DNA of 64,000 nucleotides from an uncultured delta proteobacterium (GTDB lineage Bacteria; Desulfobacterota; Desulfomonilia; UBA1062). The notes beneath the pieces were generated by a model, which saw nothing but the letters and a program-made list of their open reading frames with translations, did no database searches and was not told the origin of the DNA. The position numbers were made by a program, and so were the translations under genes. Of this stretch, positions 8,910 through 20,007 are shown piece by piece. Each line of letters begins with the position of its first letter. The stretch's first letter is position 1. Location of the stretch: positions 128,001 through 192,000 of the forward strand of contig CAWAUM010000011.1 in assembly GCA_963785235.1 (NCBI GenBank). Reading direction: 5' to 3'.

Positions 8910-10758
8910 ATGGATATACTTCAGACCATTTCATCACCAGCAGACCTTAAAGCGCTCGACATCAGCCGGCTCGAGACCCTGGCCCATGAGATAAGGGAGT
9001 TTATCATCGAGTGCGTGAGCCAAACAGGGGGACACCTGGCATCAAGCCTCGGGACCGTGGAACTCACCCTTGCCATGCACTATGTATTCAACTCGCCTCT
9101 GGACAAGATATTGTGGGATGTGGGTCATCAGGGGTACACGCATAAGATCATCACGGGCAGGAGGGATGCCTTTCACACCCTGCGCCAGCATGGCGGCCTG
9201 TGCCCGTTCATGAGCCCTGCGGAAAGCCCTTATGATGCCTTTGTCTCTGGCCATACCGGAAATGCCCTGCCTGCTGCCAGCGGCATCTGCGAGACCCTGA
9301 CAAAGGCCGAGAGCAAAAACCGCGTGATAGCGGTTATCGGCGATGGATCACTGTCCAACGGACTCACCTTCGAAGGTCTGAACTTTGTGGGTATGAGGAA
9401 ACAGAACCTCATTGTGGTCCTGAACGACAACAATATGTTCATCTCCAAACGTGTCGGCGCGGTGGCGGACTATTTAAGCAGGATCATGACCTCAAAACGT
9501 GTCCGGGACGTAAGGGAGGGGATCAAGCACACGCTGAAGCGCATCCCTCTTGTGGGCAACACCATCTACAGGGTAGCCAAGCTCATCGAAGGTAACCTCA
9601 AGGGAGTAGTGACTGAGGGGCTGCTCTTCGAGGAGATGGGGTTCAGATATGTGGGCCCCATCGACGGGCACAACATGGCGCATCTCGTGGAGGCATTCCA
9701 GAATATCGCCACTATGGATGAGCCCATCTTTCTCCACATCATTACACAGAAAGGCCGCGGATACCATCCGGCAGTAAAGGACCCGGAGCATTATCATGGT
9801 GTGGGCAAATTCGACCTGGAAAACGGTGACGGCCCCAAGGCTTCGCCTGAGCCGACCTATTCGGATGTCTTCGGCGAAACCCTTATCAGACTCGCCAAAA
9901 GGGATCCCCGGATCATTGCTTTAAGCCCGGCCATGACCTCGGGTACGGGGCTTAAGGAATTCGCGCTGCGCTACCCGGATCGGTTCTATGATGTGGGCAT
10001 TGCCGAAGGACATGCCGTCACCATGGCCGCAGCCATGGCCCTGTTCGGCCTGAGGCCGGTGGTGGCTATTTATTCAACCTTCCTTCAGCGCGGCTTTGAC
10101 TCCATCATCCATGATGTGGCACTGCAGAACGCGCCGGTCATCTTTGCCATAGACCGTGCAGGCCTTGTAGGTGCTGATGGCCCCACCCATCATGGCACCT
10201 TTGACCTTGCCTATCTGCGGAGCATCCCGAACATGGCCATCATGGTCCCCCGCGACCAGCTCATGCTGGAGAAGATGCTCGAGTACGGCCTGAGCCTCCA
10301 AAGGCCCGTGGCCATCAGGTATCCCCGGGATAAGATCGTGGCCTCACCCATAAAGGCTTCAAGATTGAAGCTGGGCAGGCCCGAGATTCTGAAAAAAGGC
10401 GGCAAGCGCGGTGGTATTCTGCGTGGGCCCCTTGTGCTACAAGGCGCTCGAGGCTGCCAGCGACCTGGATGACGTGGCAGTGGTTGATCTTGTTTTCGCA
10501 AAACCCATGGATGTCAAAGCCATCAGGGAACTGGTGATCGCCGCACAAGGCAAGTTTGTTGTGGTAGAGGACGGGTGTGTTCATGGAGGCATTGGCTCGG
10601 CAGTCCTCGAGGCCCTGCAGGATATTGAAATACCCCTCAAATTCAGGCTCGTGGGAATACCAGACAGGTTCATCGAGCATGGTTCATTGAACGATCTCAA
10701 GAAGATAGTGGGCCTCGATGCACAAGGAATCCGCAAGGCCCTTAAGGATATTCTATGA
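8910..10758 (+). CDS. dxs: 1-deoxy-D-xylulose-5-phosphate synthase (frameshift near 10400)
   Basis: GGHLASSLG, DVGHQ, GDGS...NDN, DVGIAE, DRAGLVGADGPTHHG; C-terminus in ORF 10411. Confidence 0.95.
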
Positions 10759-11492
10759 AGGTGCGCCTGGACAAGCTTCTGGTGGATAAAGGTCTTGTTG
10801 AGACCAGGTCCAAGGCCCTTGGCCTTATCATGGCAGGCCACGTACTGGTGGCCGGACACCCGGTGACCAAGGCCGGGAGCGCTATCGAGGACGATTCCCT
10901 CATATCAATAAAGGCAGGGAACGCCTTTGTAAGCAGGGGGGCGCTGAAGCTGGAAGCCGCGCTGGATGCATTTTCCGTGGAGGTTCAGGGCCTGGTCGCC
11001 CTTGATGTAGGCTCGTCCACCGGGGGCTTCACCGAGCTCATGCTGAAAAGGGGAGCGAAGAGGGTATATGCCGTAGATGTCGGCCACGGCCAGCTCCACT
11101 GGAGGCTGAGGAAGGATCCCCGGGTAATATGCCTGGAGGGCATCAATGCACGCACGATCGGCCGCGAGCACGTGTCCGAGCCGTGCGACATGGCCACCTT
11201 TGACGTGTCATTCATATCTTTAAGGCTTGTCGTCCCGCCGGTGCTGAACCTGCTGACGGATAATGCCCACCTCATCGCACTCATCAAGCCCCAGTTCGAG
11301 GCCGGCCGGGACCAGGTGGGCAAGGGTGGTGTGATCCGTGATCCTGCTGTCCACGAATCGGTAATAAACGGTATCAGTTCCTTTCTTTGTGACCTGGCGT
11401 TGGAAGTGGACGGGGTTATCCCCTCACCGATCAAGGGTGCCAAGGGAAACCAGGAATATCTTATCCATGCAATGAAAAAGGCCTTGCAATGA
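10755..11492 (+). CDS. tlyA: TlyA-family rRNA methyltransferase
   Basis: S4 domain RLDKLL; DVGSSTGGFT, DVSFISL, LIKPQFE, SPIKGAKGNQEYL. Confidence 0.95.
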   Translation: MKVRLDKLLVDKGLVETRSKALGLIMAGHVLVAGHPVTKAGSAIEDDSLISIKAGNAFVSRGALKLEAALDAFSVEVQGLVALDVGSSTGGFTELMLKRGAKRVYAVDVGHGQLHWRLRKDPRVICLEGINARTIGREHVSEPCDMATFDVSFISLRLVVPPVLNLLTDNAHLIALIKPQFEAGRDQVGKGGVIRDPAVHESVINGISSFLCDLALEVDGVIPSPIKGAKGNQEYLIHAMKKALQ

Positions 11493-13117
11493 AGATAACC
11501 ATCGCGCGCCATGCAGGTTTCTGCTTCGGTGTCCGCAGGGCCATCGATATCACCTTCAAGGTCAGGCAGAAAGATCCCGGGAAGAAGATATACACACTCG
11601 GGCAGATCATCCACAATCCCCAGGTCATCGAGGCACTTACCAAGCGGGGAATAGGGATAGTCCACGACATCAACGACCCGAAGCTGCACCCCGGTGACAT
11701 CGCCATCGTGCGCGCCCACGGAATCTCACCCGATAAAAAGGCGGCACTGACTGATCGCGGCGTGGAGGTCATCGATGCAGCATGCCCCATGGTGCTCAAG
11801 CTGCATACGGTTATCAAGAAGGCCACCAAGACTGCAGACCTCATCGCCATAGTGGGTGACAAGGACCACCCTGAGATGGACGCCCATATGGGTGTGGCAG
11901 GCAGCAAGGGGATAATCATCGAGACCGCCCAAGACGCGAGGCAGGTCCCCCGGGTGAAGAGGCTTGCAGTCGTGGCTCAGACGACCTTTGATGTAGCACT
12001 GTATAAGGAAATCATCGATATCCTGCGGGACAAGACTGAAATCCTGGACGTGTCGGACACAATCTGCCGTTCCACCGTTGACCGCCAGAGCGAGGTGATG
12101 GACCTGGCGAAAGACCATGACACCTTCATCGTCATAGGCGGCAGGACATCGGCCAACACCAAACGCCTGGCCGAGATCGCGGCCAAAGAAAACCGTTATG
12201 TCATCAAGATCGAATCACCGGAGCAGCTCAAGGACATCAACCGCTCCAAGATGAATAAGATCGCAGTCATAGCCGGTGCGTCAACGCCTCACTGGGTAAT
12301 CGAGGAATGCATCGATGCGCTCAAGAACATTCATGCGTCATCCGGCATCGAGAACGCCCTGATGGACACCTTTGCCGAGTCGCCGCTCATGCCCTCGCTG
12401 GGTTGCCTCGGTACAGCCATGATTGCACTTGTATTCTGTGGCCAGACATACCGGTGGGATGTTCTTTTGGCCGTCTTCTTCCTTGCATTCTCTTCAACTG
12501 CACGCACAAAGAGGCCGAGGCAGTGGCCTACATGGGCCATTTCCACGGGCATTGCCATTTCCATCAGCCTTATGTCGAACGAATTAACAGGCGCCCTTGT
12601 AATCGTCGGCGCCTCGCTGCTGCGTCCCCTGGTGGATGTAGCAGGGGTACAGGATTACCTCAAGAGCCTATTGGGCGCTGTTATTTTTATCCTGATTGCA
12701 ATCGTGGTGCCCTTGACGCTGACCCGCACTGCCGTCCAGCCCAATATTGCCCTGCTTACGGCCTATGTAGCAACCCACTACCTCACGGCCGAGGTCCTGC
12801 TGGGGCTCAAGAACATGGAGAAGGACGCCATTATGGGCCGTATGAGCCTTGCCAGGTACATCAATGAGGACAAGGCCACCATGCTGCTGGAATATACCAT
12901 CATGGGTCTGTCCCTGCTGCTTTTCCTGAGCTTCCCCCTGAAGGTCGCCCCAGCCCTGGCATATGGCTTGCTGCCGCCGCTGTTCTTCCTGGCCAAGGGC
13001 ATAGACTTCTATACCGAGCAGACTATCTTTGACAACAGGATGTACACTATCTACATAATGGGTCTGTGGGTCATTGTCCCGGCTATGGGCCTGCTGTGGC
13101 TGGCAACCATGATGTAG
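11489..13117 (+). CDS. ispH: IspH (LytB) fused to a C-terminal multi-TM UbiA-like domain
   Basis: GFCFGVRRA, IHNPQV, RAHG, DAACP, TICRST, SANT, GASTP; residues ~290-542 are hydrophobic helices. Confidence 0.9.
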   Translation: MKITIARHAGFCFGVRRAIDITFKVRQKDPGKKIYTLGQIIHNPQVIEALTKRGIGIVHDINDPKLHPGDIAIVRAHGISPDKKAALTDRGVEVIDAACPMVLKLHTVIKKATKTADLIAIVGDKDHPEMDAHMGVAGSKGIIIETAQDARQVPRVKRLAVVAQTTFDVALYKEIIDILRDKTEILDVSDTICRSTVDRQSEVMDLAKDHDTFIVIGGRTSANTKRLAEIAAKENRYVIKIESPEQLKDINRSKMNKIAVIAGASTPHWVIEECIDALKNIHASSGIENALMDTFAESPLMPSLGCLGTAMIALVFCGQTYRWDVLLAVFFLAFSSTARTKRPRQWPTWAISTGIAISISLMSNELTGALVIVGASLLRPLVDVAGVQDYLKSLLGAVIFILIAIVVPLTLTRTAVQPNIALLTAYVATHYLTAEVLLGLKNMEKDAIMGRMSLARYINEDKATMLLEYTIMGLSLLLFLSFPLKVAPALAYGLLPPLFFLAKGIDFYTEQTIFDNRMYTIYIMGLWVIVPAMGLLWLATMM

Positions 13118-13149
13118 GGGCCTGGCACCTGCGTGCAGGTATTAGTTTG

Positions 13150-13419
13150 TCAGCTCTTTTTACAGCTTGATTCATGCATATGCAGCCATTCATCAATATC
13201 CTTGTTTCCGATACAGGCAGATGCCTCTTTACACCAGGCCAGACAAGTATTCTGAACTCCGGCATTCGTGTTTCTGGCTCCACAGCCAGGGCAGACAAGG
13301 AATACATCATCTTTCCAGAACTCAATATCAGTCCCGCAGGCACTACATTTCTGCGAACAGATATCCTCCGGCTTGAAATAGGCAGGATCCATTCCAGGGC
13401 ATCGTTTCTTCACTGACAT
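13150..13419 (-). CDS. Small Cys-rich (Zn-ribbon/Fe-S-like) protein
   Basis: CPG...CSACG.DIEFWKDD...CPGCG...CLAWCKEASAC; AAGG RBS. Confidence 0.75.
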   Translation of the reverse strand: MSVKKRCPGMDPAYFKPEDICSQKCSACGTDIEFWKDDVFLVCPGCGARNTNAGVQNTCLAWCKEASACIGNKDIDEWLHMHESSCKKS

Positions 13420-13510
13420 AGCCTTCTTTTGTTAGGAAGGTACTGACACCGTTTGTATGTGCCCGTCCGCAGCCAGGAGTGACCACGGACAGGCACATGG
13501 GGTGGTTTGC

Positions 13511-15315
13511 TTACTTTTTATACAGGGCCTCGATCCGGTCATTATATTTTTCCATGATAACCCGGCGTTTGAGCTTCATGGTCTGGGTCAGCATCCCGTT
13601 TTCCAGGGTGAAGGGATCAGACAGGAAAAGGTATTTCCTCGGGATCTCATAGCCGCCGTACTTTTTCTTCAGGTTATCGTTGATTTCACCCGTAATCATC
13701 TTCTGTACATCTTCCCTGGCTACAAGGGTCTTCATATCCGTGGGCAGGTTGTTCTTTTGTGCGTAGACCTCAAGGGCGACGAAGTCCGGCACGATCATGC
13801 AGACATTGTATTCCCTTCCGGCGCCGTAGATCAGTGCGCTCTGGACGTAATGGTTGAGGCAGATGTCCTCCTCCAGGGCTGCGGGGAAGACATACTTGCC
13901 GTTTTCCAGCTTGAACTGTTCCTTGATGCGGCCTGTGATCCACAGGAAGCCGTCCTCGTCGAGGCGGCCACGGTCGCCTGTCCTGATGCCGCCGTCTGGC
14001 GTCATGATCTCTTTTGTCGCCTCGGGCTTATTGTGGTAGCCCTTCATGACATTGGGACCGTAGCAGACGATTTCCCCGTCTTTTGCCCCCGGCTCCACAA
14101 CGGACTGATCGATGACGACCTTGACCTTATCCATGGCGGGCCCGACGCTGCCGATCCGGAATTTGCTGGAATTGTTCATAGTGATGCCCGGGGTGGTTTC
14201 CGACAGTCCATAGGCATCGAAGAGGGGGATTCCGATATCGTAGAAGAACCTGGAGATATCGGGATTCATGGCGGCGCTGCCCGTCAGGGAGCCTTTCAGC
14301 CTGCCGCCGAAGAGGTCCCGGATCTTCTGGAAGACGATTTTGTTGATGAGGTTGAATTTGAGGTTCGCCAGGAAGCTCGATTTTCCCTGCTCGGCAAGAC
14401 GGCGTTTTTCTTTGGCCGCTTCCACGCCCGCGTCGAAGAGCTTTTTTTTAGCGCCGCCGGCTTCGTTCACCTTCGTGACGATCGTATCATAGACCTTGTT
14501 GAAAATGCGGGGTACGGCGATCAGGAAGGTCGGCCGTACCTTGGCCATATCCTGACACGACGGTGGCCACGCTGTCCATGAAACCCAGGGAGCCGCCAAT
14601 GGCCGTAAAGGTATGCAGTTCGCCGAGGCCGAAGCATGTGCCCAGGGAAGAAGGGACAGGTGACCGGTCATCGGAGTTGAAGCTCAGGGTAAGCCACTAT
14701 CCGCGCATGATGGTTGCTCGTCCAGTTGCCGTGCATCAGGAGAACGCCTTTGGGGTCTCCCGTCGTTCCCGAGGTATAGATCAGAACGGCCACGTCTTCC
14801 GGTTTCGGATAGATGGCCTTGAACGGGTTCTTTTCGCCGATGCGCTCCAGTTCAGCCATGGTGGCTTTCCCATCACCCTGCATGACGAAAGATTTTCTCC
14901 AGGGTGGGAATCCGTGACGGGAAATCTTTGACTTTTTCATAGATCTCCGGTTTTGAAACGAAGAGGATCTTTGCGGCGCTGTCCTTGATGATGTATTCCC
15001 AGACATGGGTCAATTCCGCCTCGTACATGGGAACATAGACCGCCCCGAGACCGGCGACGGCAAAGTGGCCGACAGCCCAGTCGACGCTGTTGTTGCAGAT
15101 GATGCCGACGGCGTCGCCCTGCTTGACGCCGAGACTGGCCAGTCCACCCCGCAGGTTATCGACACGGCGGCCGATCTCCCGGTAAGTGACCCACTCATAT
15201 TCACCCTGCTTGTTTTTCGTCCCGAGATACGGTCTCTGTCAGCATACTTCTTCACACTGTTCTCAAAGAGCTCTACGAGATTGTCCGGTTTTTCAAGTTG
15301 ATACTTTTCAAACAT
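13511..15315 (-). CDS. Long-chain fatty-acid-CoA ligase (several frameshifts)
   Basis: [50 protein letters not shown] spread over ORFs 15010, 14668 and 13511. Confidence 0.88.
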
Positions 15316-15613
15316 GATTAGTTCCTTTCCTTTTTTTAGAATTTGGGGTGGTCCATTCCTTGTTTGTCCCGTTTAAATGGCGGTTGGGCGCCATGCCAAA
15401 CAACTATGATCCATAGTGTGTTTATCTTTTGCGCGATAAAAGCACTAAAATGGATACACTATTACTTCGAGAAAGGGAAGACCTGGGAAACTCTTAACAC
15501 AGATTGCATATGGAAATGCCTGGCGATTTAGCCTATGAATGCATGGATAAGTCCGTTTAAGAATGAAGGAACGGGTACGCCGGTAAATGTCATAAAGGGA
15601 GAAACGGATCCGC

Positions 15614-16548
15614 ATGTCTGAGAGGAAGCTCATCGTCTTAGGGACTGCAAGCCAGGTGCCTGGCCGCACCAGGAACCAGAACGGCTATGTTGTCCGCTTC
15701 GATGATGAGGGGTATCTCTTCGACCCGGGGAGGGCACCCAGAGGCAGATGATACTGGCCGGTGTTTCGGTAACAGAGATCACGAAGATATTCATCACCCA
15801 TTTCCATGGCGATCACTGCCTGGGGCTGGCTGGAATAATCCAGCGCATATCCCTTGACCGTGTCCTGCATGAGGTCCATATCTATTATCCCGCTTCGGGG
15901 CAGGTCTATTACGAGCACCTGAGGGACTCATGTCTTTTCCATAATTCCGCCCGTCTTCAGGGTCACCCGATTTTTGCCAGTGGAGTAATCTTTGAGGATG
16001 AAAGGGTTACCATCGAGGCGAAAAGTCTCGATCATGTTGTTGATTGCTTCGGTTACCGCATACAGGAAAAGGACTCCTTCACGCTTGACCCTCAAAGGCT
16101 GATACTCGAAGGCATCAGGGACAAGGATGCAGGGAGGCTGAAGGCCTCAGGCACACTTGACATCAACGGGAAGACGGTCTGTATTGCGGATGTGGGTGTT
16201 GCCCGTCCGGGTCAGTGTTTTGCCTTTGTGATGGATACCAGGGTGTGCGCAGCGGCATACGGGCTCGCACAAGGGGCCGACCTTTGTGTCATGGAGGCCA
16301 CCTTTCTGACGGATATGGAACAGGCTGCCCATGAGTATGGCCATCTCACTGCAACCCAGGCGGCACTGATAGCCCGTGATGCAGGGGTGAAGAAACTCGT
16401 GCTCTCACATTATTCCCAGCGATACAGCTCTACCCAAGAATTCGTTCGTGAGGCATCTGTTCATCACAGCGATGTTATTGTTGCCGTAGATGGCCAGACC
16501 ATCCCTTTCCCCACGAGGAAGCGGGCGCTTCAGGTGAATCAGGCCTAA
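15614..16548 (+). CDS. rnz: Ribonuclease Z (frameshift near 15730)
   Basis: [21 protein letters not shown]...FDPG, then [24 protein letters not shown]. Confidence 0.9.
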
Positions 16549-16553
16549 GTTTT

Positions 16554-17474
16554 TCAAGGGTTTTCCGGATAGACCTCTTCTTCCTCCTCAATAAATCTTT
16601 TTCTCCTGATTCGATAGCGCACATAACCAGCCACAGTGGCAAGGGCGGCAAGGAAGAAGATGATGGAATAGATATTGCCCATGATGAATACCAGCAGGGT
16701 GGACCATGTCCTGATGCTTTGCCGCCAATCCTTTTCAAGCTCGGGTAGGGATGTGCCCAGTGATATCATGATTGCGTCGGGTATCGGCTTCCCGTTCTTC
16801 AGGGCCGTGAGGATATTGGTGATGCCGTTTTTTCCGTACCGGAAGACGATGTAATCAACGATGCTCCTGCTCTGTTCATAGGCCAGGACAAGGCCAGGTT
16901 CGTCCTGCGGAAAACCATTATCCATGGCCTTCAGGGTCATAAGGCCCCCACTGATGGTGGCCCACCTCAGGGAAGATTCCCTCTTTTCCGAGAACAGTTC
17001 GGCAAAGCCCCCGCTTACCCACTGAGACACCCCCTCGTCCAGCCAGCGGGGTAGATTTTGTATATGACGGTGGAGCAGAAGGTGGCAGAGCTCATGCTTG
17101 AGGATGGTCCGCATGCTGAAGGGGTCTTTGCTGGAGCGTGCATAATCAATGACCATGAGCATCTTATCCGGCACGGCATAGGCTACAATCAACCGGTTGC
17201 CGACTATCTGCTCGAATGCAGCCTCGTTTGAGACCAGGATGATTGCAGGGCGGAAATCCACAGGAAACCCCAATGTCAGCTCGAGCTCTTTTTTTACTGT
17301 TGGAAATAACCCTGCAATCTCTTGTGCAGGACCTGCCAGTGGTTGTTCATAAAAAATAGTGGCATCTTTCGTGTCTAGTGTCTTAAGCTGTCCAGCTTGT
17401 ACAGGATTCGTGAATATGAGAAACTGAGCCAAGCAGATACCAAGGGCAATAAACAAGAGCCGATGATGGGTCAT
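16554..17474 (-). CDS. Peptidase MA-family zinc metallopeptidase, membrane-anchored
   Basis: Signal peptide, HELCH..LPRWLDEG, LAYEQS, C-terminal TM helix. Confidence 0.8.
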   Translation of the reverse strand: MTHHRLLFIALGICLAQFLIFTNPVQAGQLKTLDTKDATIFYEQPLAGPAQEIAGLFPTVKKELELTLGFPVDFRPAIILVSNEAAFEQIVGNRLIVAYAVPDKMLMVIDYARSSKDPFSMRTILKHELCHLLLHRHIQNLPRWLDEGVSQWVSGGFAELFSEKRESSLRWATISGGLMTLKAMDNGFPQDEPGLVLAYEQSRSIVDYIVFRYGKNGITNILTALKNGKPIPDAIMISLGTSLPELEKDWRQSIRTWSTLLVFIMGNIYSIIFFLAALATVAGYVRYRIRRKRFIEEEEEVYPENP

Positions 17475-17581
17475 CACAGACAGGAAAAAATTGTATACGT
17501 GATGGGTTGCCGTAGGCATGCAGTGCCTTATAGCATACAATGACCTGGAAAGGTCTCCCATGTGCTGATAAGAGGGTTTCC

Positions 17582-18151
17582 ATGATGAGGGCTATGGTTT
17601 TTTCTCTCGATGGGGTTGGAGATGTGCTCGTGGAGCACAGCACCAGGGCGCGAAGGGTGAGCATCTCAGTCAGACCGGGCAGTGTGAGAGTAGCCGTGCC
17701 ATTGGGTGTGGCCCTTGTACGCGGCCAGAAATTCGCACTTTCCAAAAAGGATTGGATCAAGATCCACTGCAACCGAATGGAATTAGTATCCAGGTCCCGT
17801 TCCGAGACAGCCTGCAATCTGCCTCCTATCATGGATTCTGCAGCAGCCCGCAGTAAGATCATTTCCCGCCTTGATGAGCTTTCAAAAAAGTATTTTCTGC
17901 CTTATGCAGGTGTCACGGTACGTAACCAGAAGACCCGTTGGGGGAGCTGCAGCATACGGAATACCATCAGCCTCAATATCAATCTGGCAAGACTGCCTAG
18001 TAAGCTTATGGACTATGTGATAATTCACGAACTGCTCCATACCAAAGTCCGGGGCCATGGTGACGTATTCTGGCAAAGACTCGACATGCTTCTTGGTGAT
18101 GCGCGAGGGCTGCGTGGTGAGCTCAGAAAATATTCCTCAGCACTGATATAA
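17582..18151 (+). CDS. YgjP/DUF45 (M48-like) metal-dependent hydrolase
   Basis: RNQKTRWGSCS, DYVIIHELLH, HGDVFW. Confidence 0.88.
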   Translation: MMRAMVFSLDGVGDVLVEHSTRARRVSISVRPGSVRVAVPLGVALVRGQKFALSKKDWIKIHCNRMELVSRSRSETACNLPPIMDSAAARSKIISRLDELSKKYFLPYAGVTVRNQKTRWGSCSIRNTISLNINLARLPSKLMDYVIIHELLHTKVRGHGDVFWQRLDMLLGDARGLRGELRKYSSALI

Positions 18152-18264
18152 GTTGCGGATATAAGTTTCGGCAGAGGCAATGCCCCCTCAATAGACCGAT
18201 ATGATTTCATAAAACTACGAGTTGCCCTGCTGTGACAAGGCCTGGCAGGCAATGCACTATACCG

Positions 18265-18292
18265 TTAAGTTTAGATGGATAAAGTCCGATAG
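18265..18292 (+). promoter_or_regulatory. sigma28 (FliA) promoter of MCP1
   Basis: TTAAGTTT-N12-TCCGATAG upstream of a chemoreceptor gene. Confidence 0.55.
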
Positions 18293-18363
18293 AAAAATCA
18301 TCACAAGACCATAACATTCACATCCCGGGAAAGTTACATAAGGGAAACGAGTAGGGGGCATCC

Positions 18364-20007
18364 ATGAAAGAAAGTTCCAAGATCTTATTTCACAAGCCGT
18401 TTATGTACCAGGAAACAGTGACTGCTATAGTCCTCATACCCTTAGTATATATTCTCTTTATGAAATCGATTCCCCAGTTCAATGACCATCTCATTTTAGC
18501 GGCAATCTATGCCTCAACTACCGGCGCTGTGGGCTTTCTTATGGGCTTTTTTGTTAAGTATCTGCTCGTCCGTCCGGCCATCGAATTGATGGACAAGGAC
18601 TCTTATACGCCGGCAGAATTGCAGCGCGCAGTAAGGTCGGTATCAATCCTCCCGCTTGCTGAGGCCATTGTTGTTTTTTTCAGGTGGTCCATCCTTGCAA
18701 TAATCTTATGTGTAACCCCGTTCTATCTCAAAGGCTATATAACTCTGACACAGGCTATCTTTGGCTGTAATGCCCTCATCATGACAGCCATGTCCATTAC
18801 GCCATTCTTCTATCTCGCATCTGAGAACAGCCTTGTGCCTTTCTACCAGAACTGCAAGCTGAAAGGGATCCTTGATAAAGATCTGAAACTGTTCAGCTTG
18901 GGCCTCAACCAGAAGCTCCTTATTACCATCCTCCTGATTGCCATTTCTCCCATCGGCAACCTTCTCGGCCTCATCTATCTTTCAATCTTTTCCGGGCTTC
19001 ATCTGGAATCCGTGCAGTTAGGATTCTTCCTTATTTTGATTCAGACCATTGTCATGACAATCCTGAATAGCTTCCTGCTCATGAAGAGCCTGTCATTGTC
19101 CGTGGGGAGGATGTCCGTCATGTTCGAAGATATGGCCCAGGGGGAGGGCGACCTCACCAAACGCCTCCATGTGACAGGCTTAAGCGAGGTCGGCAGGCTT
19201 GCCTTCTGGTTCAACGAATTCATGGATGACATCGAACGGATTGTCGGGCATGTCAGGGATACCTCCCTCGAGCTTCACCAGGCCATCCAAGAGGTAAGCG
19301 TAGGTTCTCAGGACCTGTCCCAGGCGACCCAGGAGCAGGCGGCCTCGGTGGAGGAGATCTCGGCATCCATCGAGGAGATGAACGGGACAGTGCTGCACAA
19401 TGCAGACCTGATCCGGGAGGGGCAGGACACGTCGAATGCCATCACCAAGCTCATAGGCCACAGCAAGCAGGTGTTTGCGGACCTGATGAAGGCGATCCAG
19501 GGGATCTCGCTCGACTCCAAGAAGATCGGTGACATCGTGCTGACGGTGAACGAGGTGGCCTTCCATACGAACCTTCTGGCGCTCAATGCCTCGGTGGAGG
19601 CGGCCCGTGCGGGAGAGCACGGGAAGGGTTTTGCCGTGGTGGCGGGCGAGGTACGCTCGCTTGCCCAGCGCTCCGCCGGAGCGGCAAGCGAGATCAAGGC
19701 GCTCATCGAAGGCACGGTGGGCCGGATCAAGAACGGTGATGAGATGATGGCCAAGACGTCGTCCTCATTGGAAGAGCTCATGAGCCGCATGGAATTCTTT
19801 TTCAGGATGATGGAGGTGATCGGCACGTCGAGCACGGAACAGACGCAGAACATCGGTGAGCTGAGCCGGGCCATATCTCAGATAGACGGGTCCACGCAGC
19901 ACAACGCTTCGACGGTTGAAGAGCTGGCGAGCACCCTGGACAACCTGCGCACCGTGGCAACAGTTCTTGCCGAGGACGTCCAGAAGTTCAAGACATCGCA
20001 GGGCTGA
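18364..20007 (+). CDS. Methyl-accepting chemotaxis protein with integral-membrane sensor domain
   Basis: ~6 TM helices, HAMP (GDLTKRL...EVGRLA), TNLLALNASVEAARAGEHGKGFAVVA. Confidence 0.95.
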   Translation: MKESSKILFHKPFMYQETVTAIVLIPLVYILFMKSIPQFNDHLILAAIYASTTGAVGFLMGFFVKYLLVRPAIELMDKDSYTPAELQRAVRSVSILPLAEAIVVFFRWSILAIILCVTPFYLKGYITLTQAIFGCNALIMTAMSITPFFYLASENSLVPFYQNCKLKGILDKDLKLFSLGLNQKLLITILLIAISPIGNLLGLIYLSIFSGLHLESVQLGFFLILIQTIVMTILNSFLLMKSLSLSVGRMSVMFEDMAQGEGDLTKRLHVTGLSEVGRLAFWFNEFMDDIERIVGHVRDTSLELHQAIQEVSVGSQDLSQATQEQAASVEEISASIEEMNGTVLHNADLIREGQDTSNAITKLIGHSKQVFADLMKAIQGISLDSKKIGDIVLTVNEVAFHTNLLALNASVEAARAGEHGKGFAVVAGEVRSLAQRSAGAASEIKALIEGTVGRIKNGDEMMAKTSSSLEELMSRMEFFFRMMEVIGTSSTEQTQNIGELSRAISQIDGSTQHNASTVEELASTLDNLRTVATVLAEDVQKFKTSQG

